Shown here: piece after piece, positions 24,028 through 36,751 of the stretch
Position numbering within the stretch: position 1 is the stretch's first letter
How the letters are laid out: each line of letters starts with the position of its first letter
Assembly (NCBI GenBank): GCA_028826165.1
Contig: JAPDFW010000059.1
Location: 186,001 to 250,000 of the forward strand
DNA length: 64,000 nucleotides
Direction of reading: 5' to 3'
Source: Anaeramoeba ignava BMAN
Taxonomy: Eukaryota; Protista; Anaeramoebae
Program-made: the position numbers and the translations under genes
Notes under the pieces: generated by a model
The model's input: only the letters and a program-made list of their open reading frames with translations
Told to the model about the DNA's origin: nothing
The model's database searches: none

Positions 24028-27000
24028 ATGCAATTACAATATTTTGCAAGACTTTCTTGTCCAATTAAATTTCTTCCAAATTTTTATCAATTTATTAAAT
24101 TTGATAATGCTCTTGAAGAGTTAATACTTGTAAAAGATGGTTGGATGAAATGTTTTCATTTTTATTCAAGTCAATATTGCGAATTAAAGTATCAAAATTT
24201 AATTTTGAATTTAAATTTTAATTTTAATTTTAATTTTAATTATAATTTTAATTCTATAAATGAATTTTAATATGAAAAGATTACCAACAGTTGAAGTAAA
24301 TGATAAAATTCAAGATATTCAAACTTCCCCAAAGAAAAAACATATTGCTATTTTAAGAAATAACTCTTCTTTTATAGAAATTCTCTTTCGTTTTGGAAAA
24401 CCTATTAAAAGAGAATATTATCCAAATAAAAGAAAGAAAAAAGGATTCGCTTTATTTGGAATTAGATGGATTGATGAATTTAATTTTTTATTAATATCAA
24501 ATTTTTCACTTGAACATTTACAAGTAATAAAAATAAAAAAAACAAAGAAAGAAAAATTAAAAAGTTATTGATTGATTTAATTCAAAATTAAAGTAGATTC
24601 CAAAAAATTCAAATCGAATTAAAAAAGTTAAAATATATAGTTTTAACCAAATTCAAGGATTTACATTTTCTGTAAAAAAAAAAATCAAATTATTTTATTA
24701 TCTGAATGATTTAAAAATGTTCAAACTAAATTAAAATTTTTTTTTCTTCTAAAAGTTTGAAAATAAAATAATCCTTTTATTTACAGGAATAACTGGAAAA
24801 ATTGTTCATGGATTTCAAATTAGAACACAACAAACTGTTAAAATTCCTGTTTTTGAATTAAAAGAAAACCCAACAAATTTCGGGAATAATATAAATGAAA
24901 AAAAAAGTACTCAAGAAATTTGTCTTGAATTTAATAGAAATTTTATGATTGTTCAAATTTATAGAAATTTATATTGTGTTCAATTAGTGCAATTATTTGA
25001 ATTGGAGGAAAAAGAAATTCAACCTCAAGTTATTTTATATCAATTAAGTAGTGAAGCAATATCAACATCGAAAATTGAATTAAAATATAAAAGCAATAAT
25101 TTTGCAATGAGTTTAGTTGATAATTTGTTGCTAATTCATGATTTGGATTTTAAAGTAACAATTATTTATGATATTCGTTCAAGTAATATAAAAGATTTTC
25201 AAATAGCTTCACCACTTTCAATTAAACCATTTGATTCTACTCAAGAAAGTATAATGACATTAGAAGAATTCAATGAAAATCAAAATCAAAATCAAAATGA
25301 AAATAATTTAAATCAAAATGAAAATAATTTAAATGAAAATGAAAATAATAAAATGAAAATGAAAATAATTTAAATCAAAATCAAAATCAAAATCAAAATG
25401 AAAATAATTTAAATCAAAATTTAAATCAAAATTTAAATCAAAATGAAAATCAAAATGAAAATAATTTAAATCAAAATGAAAATCAAAATCAAAATGAAAA
25501 TAAAAATCAAAATGAAAATAATTTAAATCAAAATCAAAATAATTTAAATCAAAATGAAAATAATTTAAATCAAAATCAAAATAATTTAAATCAAAATCAA
25601 AATAATTTAAATCAAAATCAAAATGAAAATCAAAATGAAAATCAAAATCAAAATCAAAATCAAAATCAAAATCAAAATGAAAATGAAAATGAAAATGAAA
25701 ATCAAAATGAAAATCAAAATGAAAATAATTTAAATCAAAATGAAAATAATTTAAATCAAAATGAAAATAATTTAAATGAAAATCAAAATAATTTAAATGA
25801 AAATGATTTAATTGAAAATGATTTAATTGAAAATCAAAATGAAATGGATAAAAAATCAATTGATTTATACAAAAAAGAATGGATTCATTATTCCCCTAAT
25901 TTTGTTTGGGATCCTATTGATGGATTCATCTGGATATACAAACTAGATTTGAATTTAATTGCACATAGTATTCCAGATAAATTGTTACAAATTCAATTCC
26001 TTTTGAGAAGATCAGATTCCAAATTTACACTTCTCAAAATTATTCAAACTATGATTATCAAAAATCAAAAATTAAGTTTAATATCATTTCTTTTGGATGT
26101 TGTGAATAATATTTATCATTCAGTATCCCATTTAGAAGATGAATCAAAAGAGTCACCAAAAAATCAACCAACAAATTTGAAAAATGAGAAAAGTTTACCT
26201 TCAAAAATATTAAAAAAAAAATCACGTTCAATGAGTTTGCAAAAAATTGAACCAATAGATCAAGATTCAAAAGATGAAAATAATTTAAGTAAATTAAGAT
26301 TTGCTTCAGATCCAAATATTTTAGATGAATCCAAAATTAAAAACAAGAATATTAAACAGGAAAAGGATTCAGATCATTTTTCTCAATCTTTACCTCAATC
26401 ACCATTTCTCAAAAAAATACCAATTCAAAAAGAAACAGAAACAGAAACAGAAAAAAATTCAAATCCAAATCCAAATCCAAATTTAAAAAAAAGATTGTTT
26501 TCAAATTCAAGAAAAAGATTACCAAGAACAAATACAGATGGATATATTGTTATTTCACAAATGGATTTCTATCGATATGTTTTTAATCCATTATTTCAGA
26601 AAAAACTCCAAGAAATTGGATTTGTTGAAGCTGTATTGACAGAATATATTCGTAGTTTGAATGATTTAAATATTCCTATTCAACATTTTATATCCGATTT
26701 ACTTGTTGAAATTTTACTCAAACAGAAAAAATATTCTGAAATATATCAACTCATCAAATGCAAATTTGTTCCAAATACTGATAATCTTGCACTTAAATTT
26801 GCAGCTGCTCACGAAGAATATCCAAATGCGCTCTTTTTGGCTTTGGATGCTTTGAAAAGAAAAAAAGAAAATATTTTGATTATTCAAATTTTACTTTCAA
26901 AAAAAATGATTATTCCAACTTTAAAATTTATTCGCCACGAAAAATTATTAAGTGATTTAAGTTCTGAAATTGTTGAAACCATTCTTGAAATGGCTTCTTT

Positions 27001-27139
27001 TTGTGATGATCCTTTCCAACTTTTTACAACTTGGAATTTTTTTAAAGATTATTTACAAAATGATCAAATAGTATTATTTCAAAAATATCAACAAAAATTT
27101 GAAACTCTTTATGAAAAATGGAATATAAATCAAAAATAG
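24028..27139 (+). CDS. RMC1: Regulator of MON1-CCZ1 (RMC1/Mic1/C18orf8); apparent 1-nt frameshift near 25350 inside an N/Q/E tract
   Basis: Three GT-AG introns (donors 24189, 24524 and about 24672). Motifs: FAMSLVDNLLLIH...TIIYDI, LY..EW..Y.PN...D...G.IW, and Mic1 domain VISQMDFYRYVF...VLTEYIRSL. Confidence 0.82.
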
Positions 27140-27384
27140 ATTTAATTTTTCAAATAAGATGTTATTTTTTTTTTATAATTTTTCTAACTTTTATTTAGTG
27201 TTTAGAATAAATTTATTTTAAACAAATTTATATTTGGAAAGAAAAAAAATCAAATTTATATTTTTAAAAGAAAAAATTATTGATTTATATTTTTAAAAGA
27301 AAATTAAAGAAAGTAATTGAAAAAAAAGGAAACAAAAGTAATTAAAAAAAATACAAAAAAAAAATTTGGATTTTGAATTAAATT

Positions 27385-28095
27385 TTAACTTGAATCTTCA
27401 TCAGAATTTTCACTTAAATTTTCATCTAAATTTTCACTTAAATTTTCATTTGAATTTTCATTTGAATTTTCATCTAAATTTTCATCTGAATTTTCATCTA
27501 AATATTCATTTAAATTTTCATTTGAATTTTCATTTGAATTTTCACTTAAATTTTCATCTAAATATTCATTTGAATTTTCACTTAAATTTTCATTTGAATT
27601 TTCATCTAAATATTCATCTAAATTTAAATTATTCATTTCTTCTTGAATAATTTCTAAGTTTTGATCCATTGATAATTCAAATGATTCATCTCTTCTGTGT
27701 TTTCTTTTTTGTTTTTTCATTTTTTTCATATTTTCTTTTCTTTGAGATTTTTTTCCATTTTGTTTTAAATTTGAATTTAAATTTGAATTTTTTTCTTCAT
27801 TTGTATTTTCTATAATTTTAATTGGAAATAAATCAACTTCAGGTTTTTTTTCAATTTTAAGTGCATGTCTCTTTTTTTTTGGTTTATGTTTTCTTTGTTT
27901 TTTTGCACTTATTTTCCTTTTTTCTTTTGTTTTATTTTTTTTTTGATTTTTTTTTTGATTTTGATTTTGATTTTGATTTAGATTTTTATTTTTTCTATTT
28001 TGTTCAAGATATAAATTTTGATAGTTTTCCCCAAAAATTAAAACGGGAATATCAATTTCTGAAGCTTTTTGAAGATTTCCGTAATATACAGTCAT
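27385..28095 (-). CDS. Hypothetical K-rich/acidic low-complexity protein
   Basis: 236-aa ORF with a TCATTT element upstream, non-repetitive N-terminus, basic middle and (ENSN/ENLS)n acidic tail. Confidence 0.6.
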   Translation of the reverse strand: MTVYYGNLQKASEIDIPVLIFGENYQNLYLEQNRKNKNLNQNQNQNQKKNQKKNKTKEKRKISAKKQRKHKPKKKRHALKIEKKPEVDLFPIKIIENTNEEKNSNLNSNLKQNGKKSQRKENMKKMKKQKRKHRRDESFELSMDQNLEIIQEEMNNLNLDEYLDENSNENLSENSNEYLDENLSENSNENSNENLNEYLDENSDENLDENSNENSNENLSENLDENLSENSDEDSS

Positions 28096-28294
28096 TATAA
28101 AATAATAACAATTTAAAATTCAGAAAATGAAAAAAATGAAAAAAAAATTTAAAAAAAACAATTTAAAAAAAACAACAATACGTCATTTAAGTTTTTATTT
28201 TTTCATTTTTTTCATTTTTTTTCTTTACTTTCTCTTCTTCTTTAATTTTCTTTTAATTTTCTTTTTACATTTTTATATTTTTTAATTTATAAAA

Positions 28295-29470
28295 ATGGTA
28301 AAAATTATTATAAAAATTATTATTAAATTTGTTATTAAATTGATTATTAAATTTATTATTAAAATTATTATTAAAATTATTATTAAATTTATTATTAAAT
28401 TTATTATTAAAATTATTATTAAATTTATTATTATATTTATTATTATATTTATTATTATATTTATTATTAAATTTATTATTAAATTTATTATTAAAATTGA
28501 TTATTAAATTTATTATTAAATTTATTATTAAATTTATTATTAAATTTATTATTAAATTATTATTAAATTTATTATTAAATTTATTATTAAAATTATTATT
28601 AAATTTATTATTAAATTTATTATTAAATTTATTATTAAATTGATTATTAAATTGATTATTAAATTATTATTAAAATTATTATTAAATTTATTATTAAAAT
28701 TATTATTATATTTATTATTAAATTGATTATTAAATTTATTATTAAAATAATTATTAAAATTATTATTAAATTTATTATTAAATTTATTATTAAATTTATT
28801 ATTAAAATTATTATTAAATTTATTATTAAATTTATTATTAAAATTATTATTAAATTTATTATAAAAATTATTTATAAAATTTATTATTATATTTATTATT
28901 AAATTTATTATTAAATTTATTATTAAATTGATTATTAAAATTATTATTAAATTTATTATTAAATTAATTATTAAATTAATTATTAAATTTATTATTAAAT
29001 TTATTATTAAAATAATTATTAAAATTATTATTAAAATTATTATTTAATTTATTACATTTTAGGATTCAATTGAAAATCTTGATCCAAAACAAGTTGGTGC
29101 ACTTCTTTTAAATGAAAAAGGAGAAATCTTAAAAGTAAATTAGTTTGTAAATTATAAAATAATACAAATTAATGAAAAACCAAAAATATTTTTTGATTAT
29201 AAAAAGTCTCAAGGCCGTCTTGATAATAATTCTCAAATTGCAAAATTAATATTAAATATTCTTCAAGATGCTAATTCAATAATTACTTTAAATCGGGAAA
29301 AATTTGTTAGATTAACAAGTAAAAAAAATTAATAAAAAAAATTAATTTCTTTTCTTTTCTTTTTATATCATTTTTTTTAAATTGAAAACTTAATAGTTAC
29401 TCTTAAAAATGATACATATAAAGTGATTGTTGAAGATTCTAAAATTTACATCATTTTAATTTCCGTTTAA
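28295..29470 (+). CDS. LAMTOR4: Ragulator subunit LAMTOR4-like roadblock protein
   Basis: Exons 28295-28297 (ATG only), 29063-29134, 29207-29318, 29397-29470 give MDSIENLDPKQVGALLLNEKGEILKSQGRLDNNSQIAKLILNILQDANSIITLNREKFVRLTITLKNDTYKVIVEDSKIYIILISV. This matches the LAMTOR4 pattern Q.G.L.L..G..L.S.G.L.N...A...F.RL. Confidence 0.8.
28300..29050. repeat. 12-bp (ATTATTAAATTT)n array filling LAMTOR4 intron 1
   Basis: Visible array between GT at 28298 and AG at 29061-29062. Confidence 0.92.
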
Positions 29471-29624
29471 AAAATTTTTAATTTTTAATTTTTAATTTTC
29501 AATTAATGTTATTCATAAATAATTTTAAATAACAAAATAAAAGAAAATAAAATCAATTCAAATTAGAAAATTATTTTGAAAATTTTGGTTTTTTATTTGA
29601 AAAAAAATTTTTCATTTTGTATCT

Positions 29625-30477
29625 TTATTTTTGATCTTTTCTTTTTTCTTTCCAAAATTCTTCTCTTTTTTTACGAAGATCTTGATCCCATTTTTGAATT
29701 AATTTATTTGTGAAAAAACCTTTTGTTGTTTCAAAAAAAGATTCAAGCGGATCCAATTTTTTTTGAGAATTTTTAAATGATTGAATTTCATATTCAAAAG
29801 CAGTTTTAATCATTTCAAATTTATCAAGTTGTTGAATAAGTTGAGCTTCAGGTGATTTTCCTTCCTCAAATTCCAACCATAAATCAAACAATTCTTGACC
29901 AAGTTGGTTGTTAATTGTTTCTTTAATCTTCTCAAAAGCTTTTGATTCTCGTTCCTTTTTTTCCATTTGAGTTACCTATTAAAATACAATTAGAATAAAA
30001 ATTTTGTTCCACTTTTTTTTTAATTTGATTTTTAATTTGATTTTTGATTTGATTATTTACTCCATCAAAAGGAGTTATATCACCAATTATAGATTCTCCA
30101 AGATCATGAATTAATCCCATTTTCATTGCTTTTTCTTGATTAATTTCTTTTGGATCAAAAAATAATACTAAAAGTGCAACTCTAAAAGAATCTGTATTAA
30201 TTAAATAAAAATAATTTGCAAATTAATTAATTAATTCATCAATTCATTTATTTATAAAAAATTTACGATCTGCTACAGATTCTGGATTTGGAATTCCAGA
30301 CTTAATCCATCCAGTTCTTTTTAATTCCTTAATTTTTGAACAAAAAAAATAAAAAATTAAATTAAATTAAATTAAATTAAATTAAATTGAATTAAATTTA
30401 TAAATAACTTTAAGTTTGGAAGCGAAATTTAAAAATTCAAATAAATTATCAGATGAAATTGGTTTGAAAGATTCCAT
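29625..30477 (-). CDS. HDDC2: HD-domain 5'-deoxynucleotidase (HDDC2/YGK1)
   Basis: Four exons with GT-AG introns. Motifs: LKELKRTGW, PESVADHSFR, IHDLGESIIGDITP, LWLEFEEGKSPEA, QLDKFEM. Confidence 0.93.
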
Positions 30478-30559
30478 TATTTATTTGAAAAGAAAAAAAT
30501 GAAAAAAAAATGAAAAAAAATTTTTGAATTTTAATTTAAATTTTAATTTTAATTTTAAA

Positions 30560-31330
30560 TTAGAAAATATTAATTTAATAATAAAATTAATAATAAAATA
30601 TATTTTTAAACTTAATTCTAAATTAAATATTAAATCAAAACTATTTAAAAAATTTGATATAAATTAAATCAAAATATTTAATAACAAAATATAATTAAAT
30701 TTAAATTAAAAATATTAAATTAATAATAAAATTAATAATAAATTATATTTTTAAACTTAATTCTAAATTAAATATTAAATCAAAACTATTTAAAAATTAG
30801 ATATAAATTAAATCAAAATATTTAATAACAAAATATAATTAATTTTAAATTATAAAATATTAAATTAATAATAAAATTAATAATAAATTATATTTTTAAA
30901 CTTAATTCTAAATTAAACATTAAATCAAAACTATTTAAAAAAATTTGATATAAATTAAATCAAAATATTTAATAACAAAATACAATTAATTTTTAAATTA
31001 CAAAAATATTAATTTAATAATAAAATTAAAAATAAAATATATTTTTAAACTTCAAAACTATTTAAAAATTAGATATAAATTAAATTAAAATATTCAAAAC
31101 AAAATATAAATAATTTTAAATTAAAAATATTAAATTAATAATAAAATTAATAATAAATTAAATCAAAACTATTTAAAAAATTAGATATAAATTAAATTAA
31201 AATATTTAATAACAAAATATAATTAATTTTAAATTACAAAAATATTAATTTAATAATAAAATTAAAAATAAAATATATTTTTAAACTTAATTCTAAATTA
31301 AATATTAAATCAAAACTATTTAAAAAATTT
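30560..31330. repeat. ~145-bp tandem repeat, about 5 copies
   Basis: CTTAATTCTAAATTAAA(T/C)ATTAAATCAAAACTATTT at about 30611, 30756, 30901 and 31286, plus partial copies. Confidence 0.88.
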
Positions 31331-31466
31331 GATTTTGAATTGGAATTTTACTTTTTCAATTTTTTAAAAAAAAAACAAAAAAAAGAAAAAGAATTTGATT
31401 TGGATTTGATTTTGAAAATTGTTTTTGATTTGATTTTGGAAATTGATTTTTGATTTAGATTGAAAT

Positions 31467-32606
<1,140 letters not shown>

Positions 32607-32974
32607 CTAAAAAGAATTTAAAAAAGAATTTAAAAAAGATTAAAATTTTTTATTTTTTTGGATAAATTGGAATTTTTTCTTTTCTTCTTACAAAATTTTT
32701 TAAAAAGAATTGAAAATCAAAAATAAAAAAAAAGAAAAGAAAAGAAAAGAATGAATTTAATCAAATTAATTTTTTTTGCTTTTATTTTCTTTTTTTTATT
32801 AATTTATGATTAATTTATGAATAATTTCTTTTTTTTTTGAGTTTTTTTCTCTTTTTCTCTTTTTTCTTTTTAAATCAATTTTATTTCAAAAATTTAGAAA
32901 TTTAATTTAGATTTCTTTATAAATTTCTTTTTATTTTCTTTTGATCTCTTTTTTTTAAAAGAAAATTCTCAAAA

Positions 32975-33250
32975 TTTTAATTTAGATTTTAATTTTAATT
33001 TTAATTTTAATTTTAATTATGATTTTAATTTTAATTTTGAATTTTAATTTTAATTTTAATTTAGATTTTAATTTAGATTTTGATTTTAATTTTAATTTTA
33101 ATTTTAATTTAGATTTTAATTTTAATTTTAATTTTAATTTTAATTTAGATTTTAATTTTGATTTTGATTTTGATTTTGATTTTATAAATTAATTTTAATT
33201 TTGATTTTATAAATTAATTTTAATTTAGATTTTAAATTTTAATTTTAATT
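32975..33250. repeat. (AATTTT)n microsatellite
   Basis: Visible hexamer array. Confidence 0.85.
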
Positions 33251-33527
33251 TATTTCATTAATTTGAATAGAAATTATCATTAATTAATAATAAAAAATTA
33301 TTCCTAAATTTAATTTTAATTTTCATTTATTCAAATTTTAATTAAAAAAAAATAATCATTTTTTTCTTTTCTCATCCTTTTTTCAACAAACAAAAACAAA
33401 AAAGTAAGAAAAAAAATATTTTTTAATTAATAATAAAACACAAAAACAAATTTATTTTATTAATTTTATATATAATTTTTATTTAAAAAAAATAGCAAAT
33501 AAAACAACAAAAACAAAACAACAAAAA

Positions 33528-36253
33528 ATGAAATCAATTCTTTTCTTTTCCTTTTTCTTTTTCTTAATTATCAATATTTTCTTAATTCAATCAAATCAAA
33601 AATCAAAAACAACAAAATTCAATTTCCACAATAATTCAAGAATTAGAAACAACAAGATTATTAACAGAAACAACAAGATATTATTCTACTCCAGATGAAG
33701 CTTGGGTTTGGAATTTATTAGATCAATTTTCAGGTTCATCAGGATATTTTGGATGGAGTGTTTCAATTTATAAAGATATTCTTGTTATTGGTGCTCCTGG
33801 TGCAAATAAAACATATATTTACAGATATAATGGAACAAATTTTGATCTTGAACAAATTTTGAATGAGTCAGCTTCATATTTTGGAATATCTGTTTCAATT
33901 TATGAAGATGTTATTGTTATTGGAGCTTATGATGCAAAACAAACATATATTTACAGATATAATGGAACAATTTGGAATCAAGAACAAACTTTGAATGAAT
34001 CAGCTACAGACTTTGGATGGAGTGTTTCAATTTATAAAGATGTTATTGTTATTGGAGCTGATGATGCAAAACAAACATATATTTACAGATATAACGGATC
34101 AATTTGGAATGAAGAACAAATTTTGAATGAATCTTCAGTTCCAACTTTTGGATGGAGTGTTTCAATTTATGAAAATGTTACTGTTATTGGTGCTCCTGGT
34201 GCAAATAAAGCATTTATTTACAGATATAATGGAACAATTTGGAATCAAGAACAAAATTTGAATGAATTTTCAGTTCCAGATTTTGGAAATTCTGTTTCAA
34301 TTTATGAAGATGTTATTGTTATTGGAAGTTGGGGTGCAAGAAAAGCATTGATTTACAGATATAATGGATCAATTTGGAATGAAGAACAAATTTTGAATGA
34401 ATCTTCAGTTTCAAATTTTGGATATTCTGTTTCAATTTATGAAGATGTTCTTGTTGTTGGAACTGATGGTGCAAATAAAGCATTGATTTACAGATATAAT
34501 GGATCAATTTGGAATGAAGAACAAATTTTGAGTAAATCTTCAGTTTCAAATTTTGGAAGGAGTGTTTCAATTTATGGGAATTTTACTGTTATTGGAACTG
34601 ATGGTGCAAATCAAGCATTTGTTTATGAAGCTAAATTAATTCCTCAAGTTAATATTCTTAATTGTTCATCTTTGTTTTCATCATTTGATTGTTATTGGAA
34701 TAAAATTGAATTTCCTTCAACTTTGAAATATCAAATTAATTATGGATATGATTGGATTGATATTGACTCTCCAATTCTTGAAGATGAGAATGTTTATTAT
34801 CAACAATTTAATTCTTCAATTTATGATAATATTACTGGAAATGAATATTATTCAATTCAAATCAAAGCTTGTGATATATCAACAATGAAATGTGGTGAAT
34901 CTTCTTCTTTCATTAATTTAACAACAAGAATTGATTCTGTAAAAGATTTCCAATTATTAAATCCTTCAAATTATTCAATTAATGTTACTTGGGATTATCC
35001 AAATGTTCAAATCGATGAAGGAATTGCTCATCTTGATCATTATAATCTTTCTTATCTCAATCAATCTGAACCTGATTTAATATCTTTCATTTCAGTTGAT
35101 AATTCTTCACTTGATTATCTTTGGAATAATTTTGAATGTGAAAATGATTATAATATTTCAATTTGTGGATGTAGAACACAAGAATGTGAAGGAGATGATA
35201 AAGGAGAACTTGTTGAATCATCAATTTCATTATTATTTGGAGAAGTTACAAATTTAACATGTTCAATTTCAAATTCAATAGATATTAATTGTAATTGGAA
35301 TCAACCAATTAATTGTTCAATTCCATTTTATTATAATTTTAACTTATCAATCAATTTATCAAAATGATTCAGGAAATTATCAACCAACATCATCAAATCA
35401 ACAATTTACAGTTCAATTTCCAAATCAAGAATATCAAATCAATGTATCAGCATGTAATTCAAATGGAAAATGTGGATATATTTCATCAATTTCAATCACA
35501 ACTGATAATTTAACTTCTCCAATAATTTATGAAACAATTTCTAAAATTGAAGAAATTGAATTAAATTTCACAAAATTAACAAATGCAAATAATTATTCAA
35601 TTTCACTTGGTAATGAAACAAATTGGGAAAAATTCACATCTCTTAATTTAAGTGGAAATGAAATAATTGGAATAATAAGTGAAATATCAGGAAATATTGA
35701 ATATAATATTTCAATTCGAGGATGTGTTGATTTAAATTGTGAAACACCATATTTAGGATTACCTAGTTCAATTATTTCAACAAGAGCTAAATTAGGAAAT
35801 ATTACTTCATTAACTTGTAATTCATTAATTAATGGATTTGAATGTAATTGGGATTCATTAATTTTATCAAGTGGATTAAAAGGATATTCATTTACTTATA
35901 ATTCAACTTCAATTTGTTTATCAAATTTAACAACATATTATTCAGTTTCAGGATTAAATGAAGGAGAATATTATGAAATTTCAATTTATTCATCAGCTGA
36001 TTTAAATTGTTCATTTAATGAATATTCAGGAATTAATTCAACAACTTCAATTACAATATCATCAACAAATGAATCTGATAATAATTTAAACACAACAACA
36101 TTAATTTTAGGAATAATTATTCCTCTTTTGGTTATTTCAACAATTATTATTGGAATTATTTTATATAAAAAGAAAAAAAGAAAACAAATTATTAAAGAAA
36201 TTATCAAAGAAAACAAAGAAGAAAAAGAACTTCATACTGATTTAGATCTTTAA
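33528..36253 (+). CDS. FG-GAP propeller + fibronectin-III type I membrane protein with two frameshifts (about 33610 and 35340); pseudogene or sequence error
   Basis: Signal peptide from ATG 33528; FGWSVSI...VIGA repeats; FN3 region colinear with the 40427-43084 paralog; TM segment ILGIIIPLLVISTIIIGIILY followed by KKKKRK; ends TDLDL*. Confidence 0.8.
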
Positions 36254-36399
36254 TTCCAATTTTCATTTCATTTTTCAAACAATTTCCTTCTTTTCATTTT
36301 TCTTTTTTCAATTCTAATTTCATTTTCTTTTTTTTCAATTTCAAAAATCAAGAAAAGAAAATCAAAAAAAAAAAATTTCATTCCACTTTTTTTTATTCT

Positions 36400-36750
36400 T
36401 TTAATTTTAAATTTAATTTTAATTTTGATTTTAATTTTAATTTTAATTTTAATTTTAATTTTAATTTTAATTTTAATTTTAATTTTAATTTTAATTTTAA
36501 TTTTAATTTTAATTTTAATTTTAGATTTTAATTTTAATTTTAATTTTAATTTTAATTTTGATTTTGATTTTAATTTTAATTTTAATTTTAATTTTAATTT
36601 TAATTTTAATTTGATTTTAAATTTTAATTTGAATTTTAATTTGAATTTTAATTTTAATTTTAATTTTAATTTTAATTTTAATTTTATAAATTAATTTTAA
36701 TTTTGATTTTAATTTCAATTTTAATTTTAAATTTTAATTTTGATTTTAAT
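36400..36750. repeat. (AATTTT)n microsatellite
   Basis: Visible hexamer array running up to the RCC1-BTB stop codon. Confidence 0.9.
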
Positions 36751-36751
36751 T

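Noticed and set aside
28295-28507. MVKIIIK... ORF, and the ILIL/NFNF/FDFH ORFs at 8126, 25329, 27366 and 36425
   Set aside because: Translations of microsatellites. Only the ATG at 28295 is real, as LAMTOR4 exon 1.
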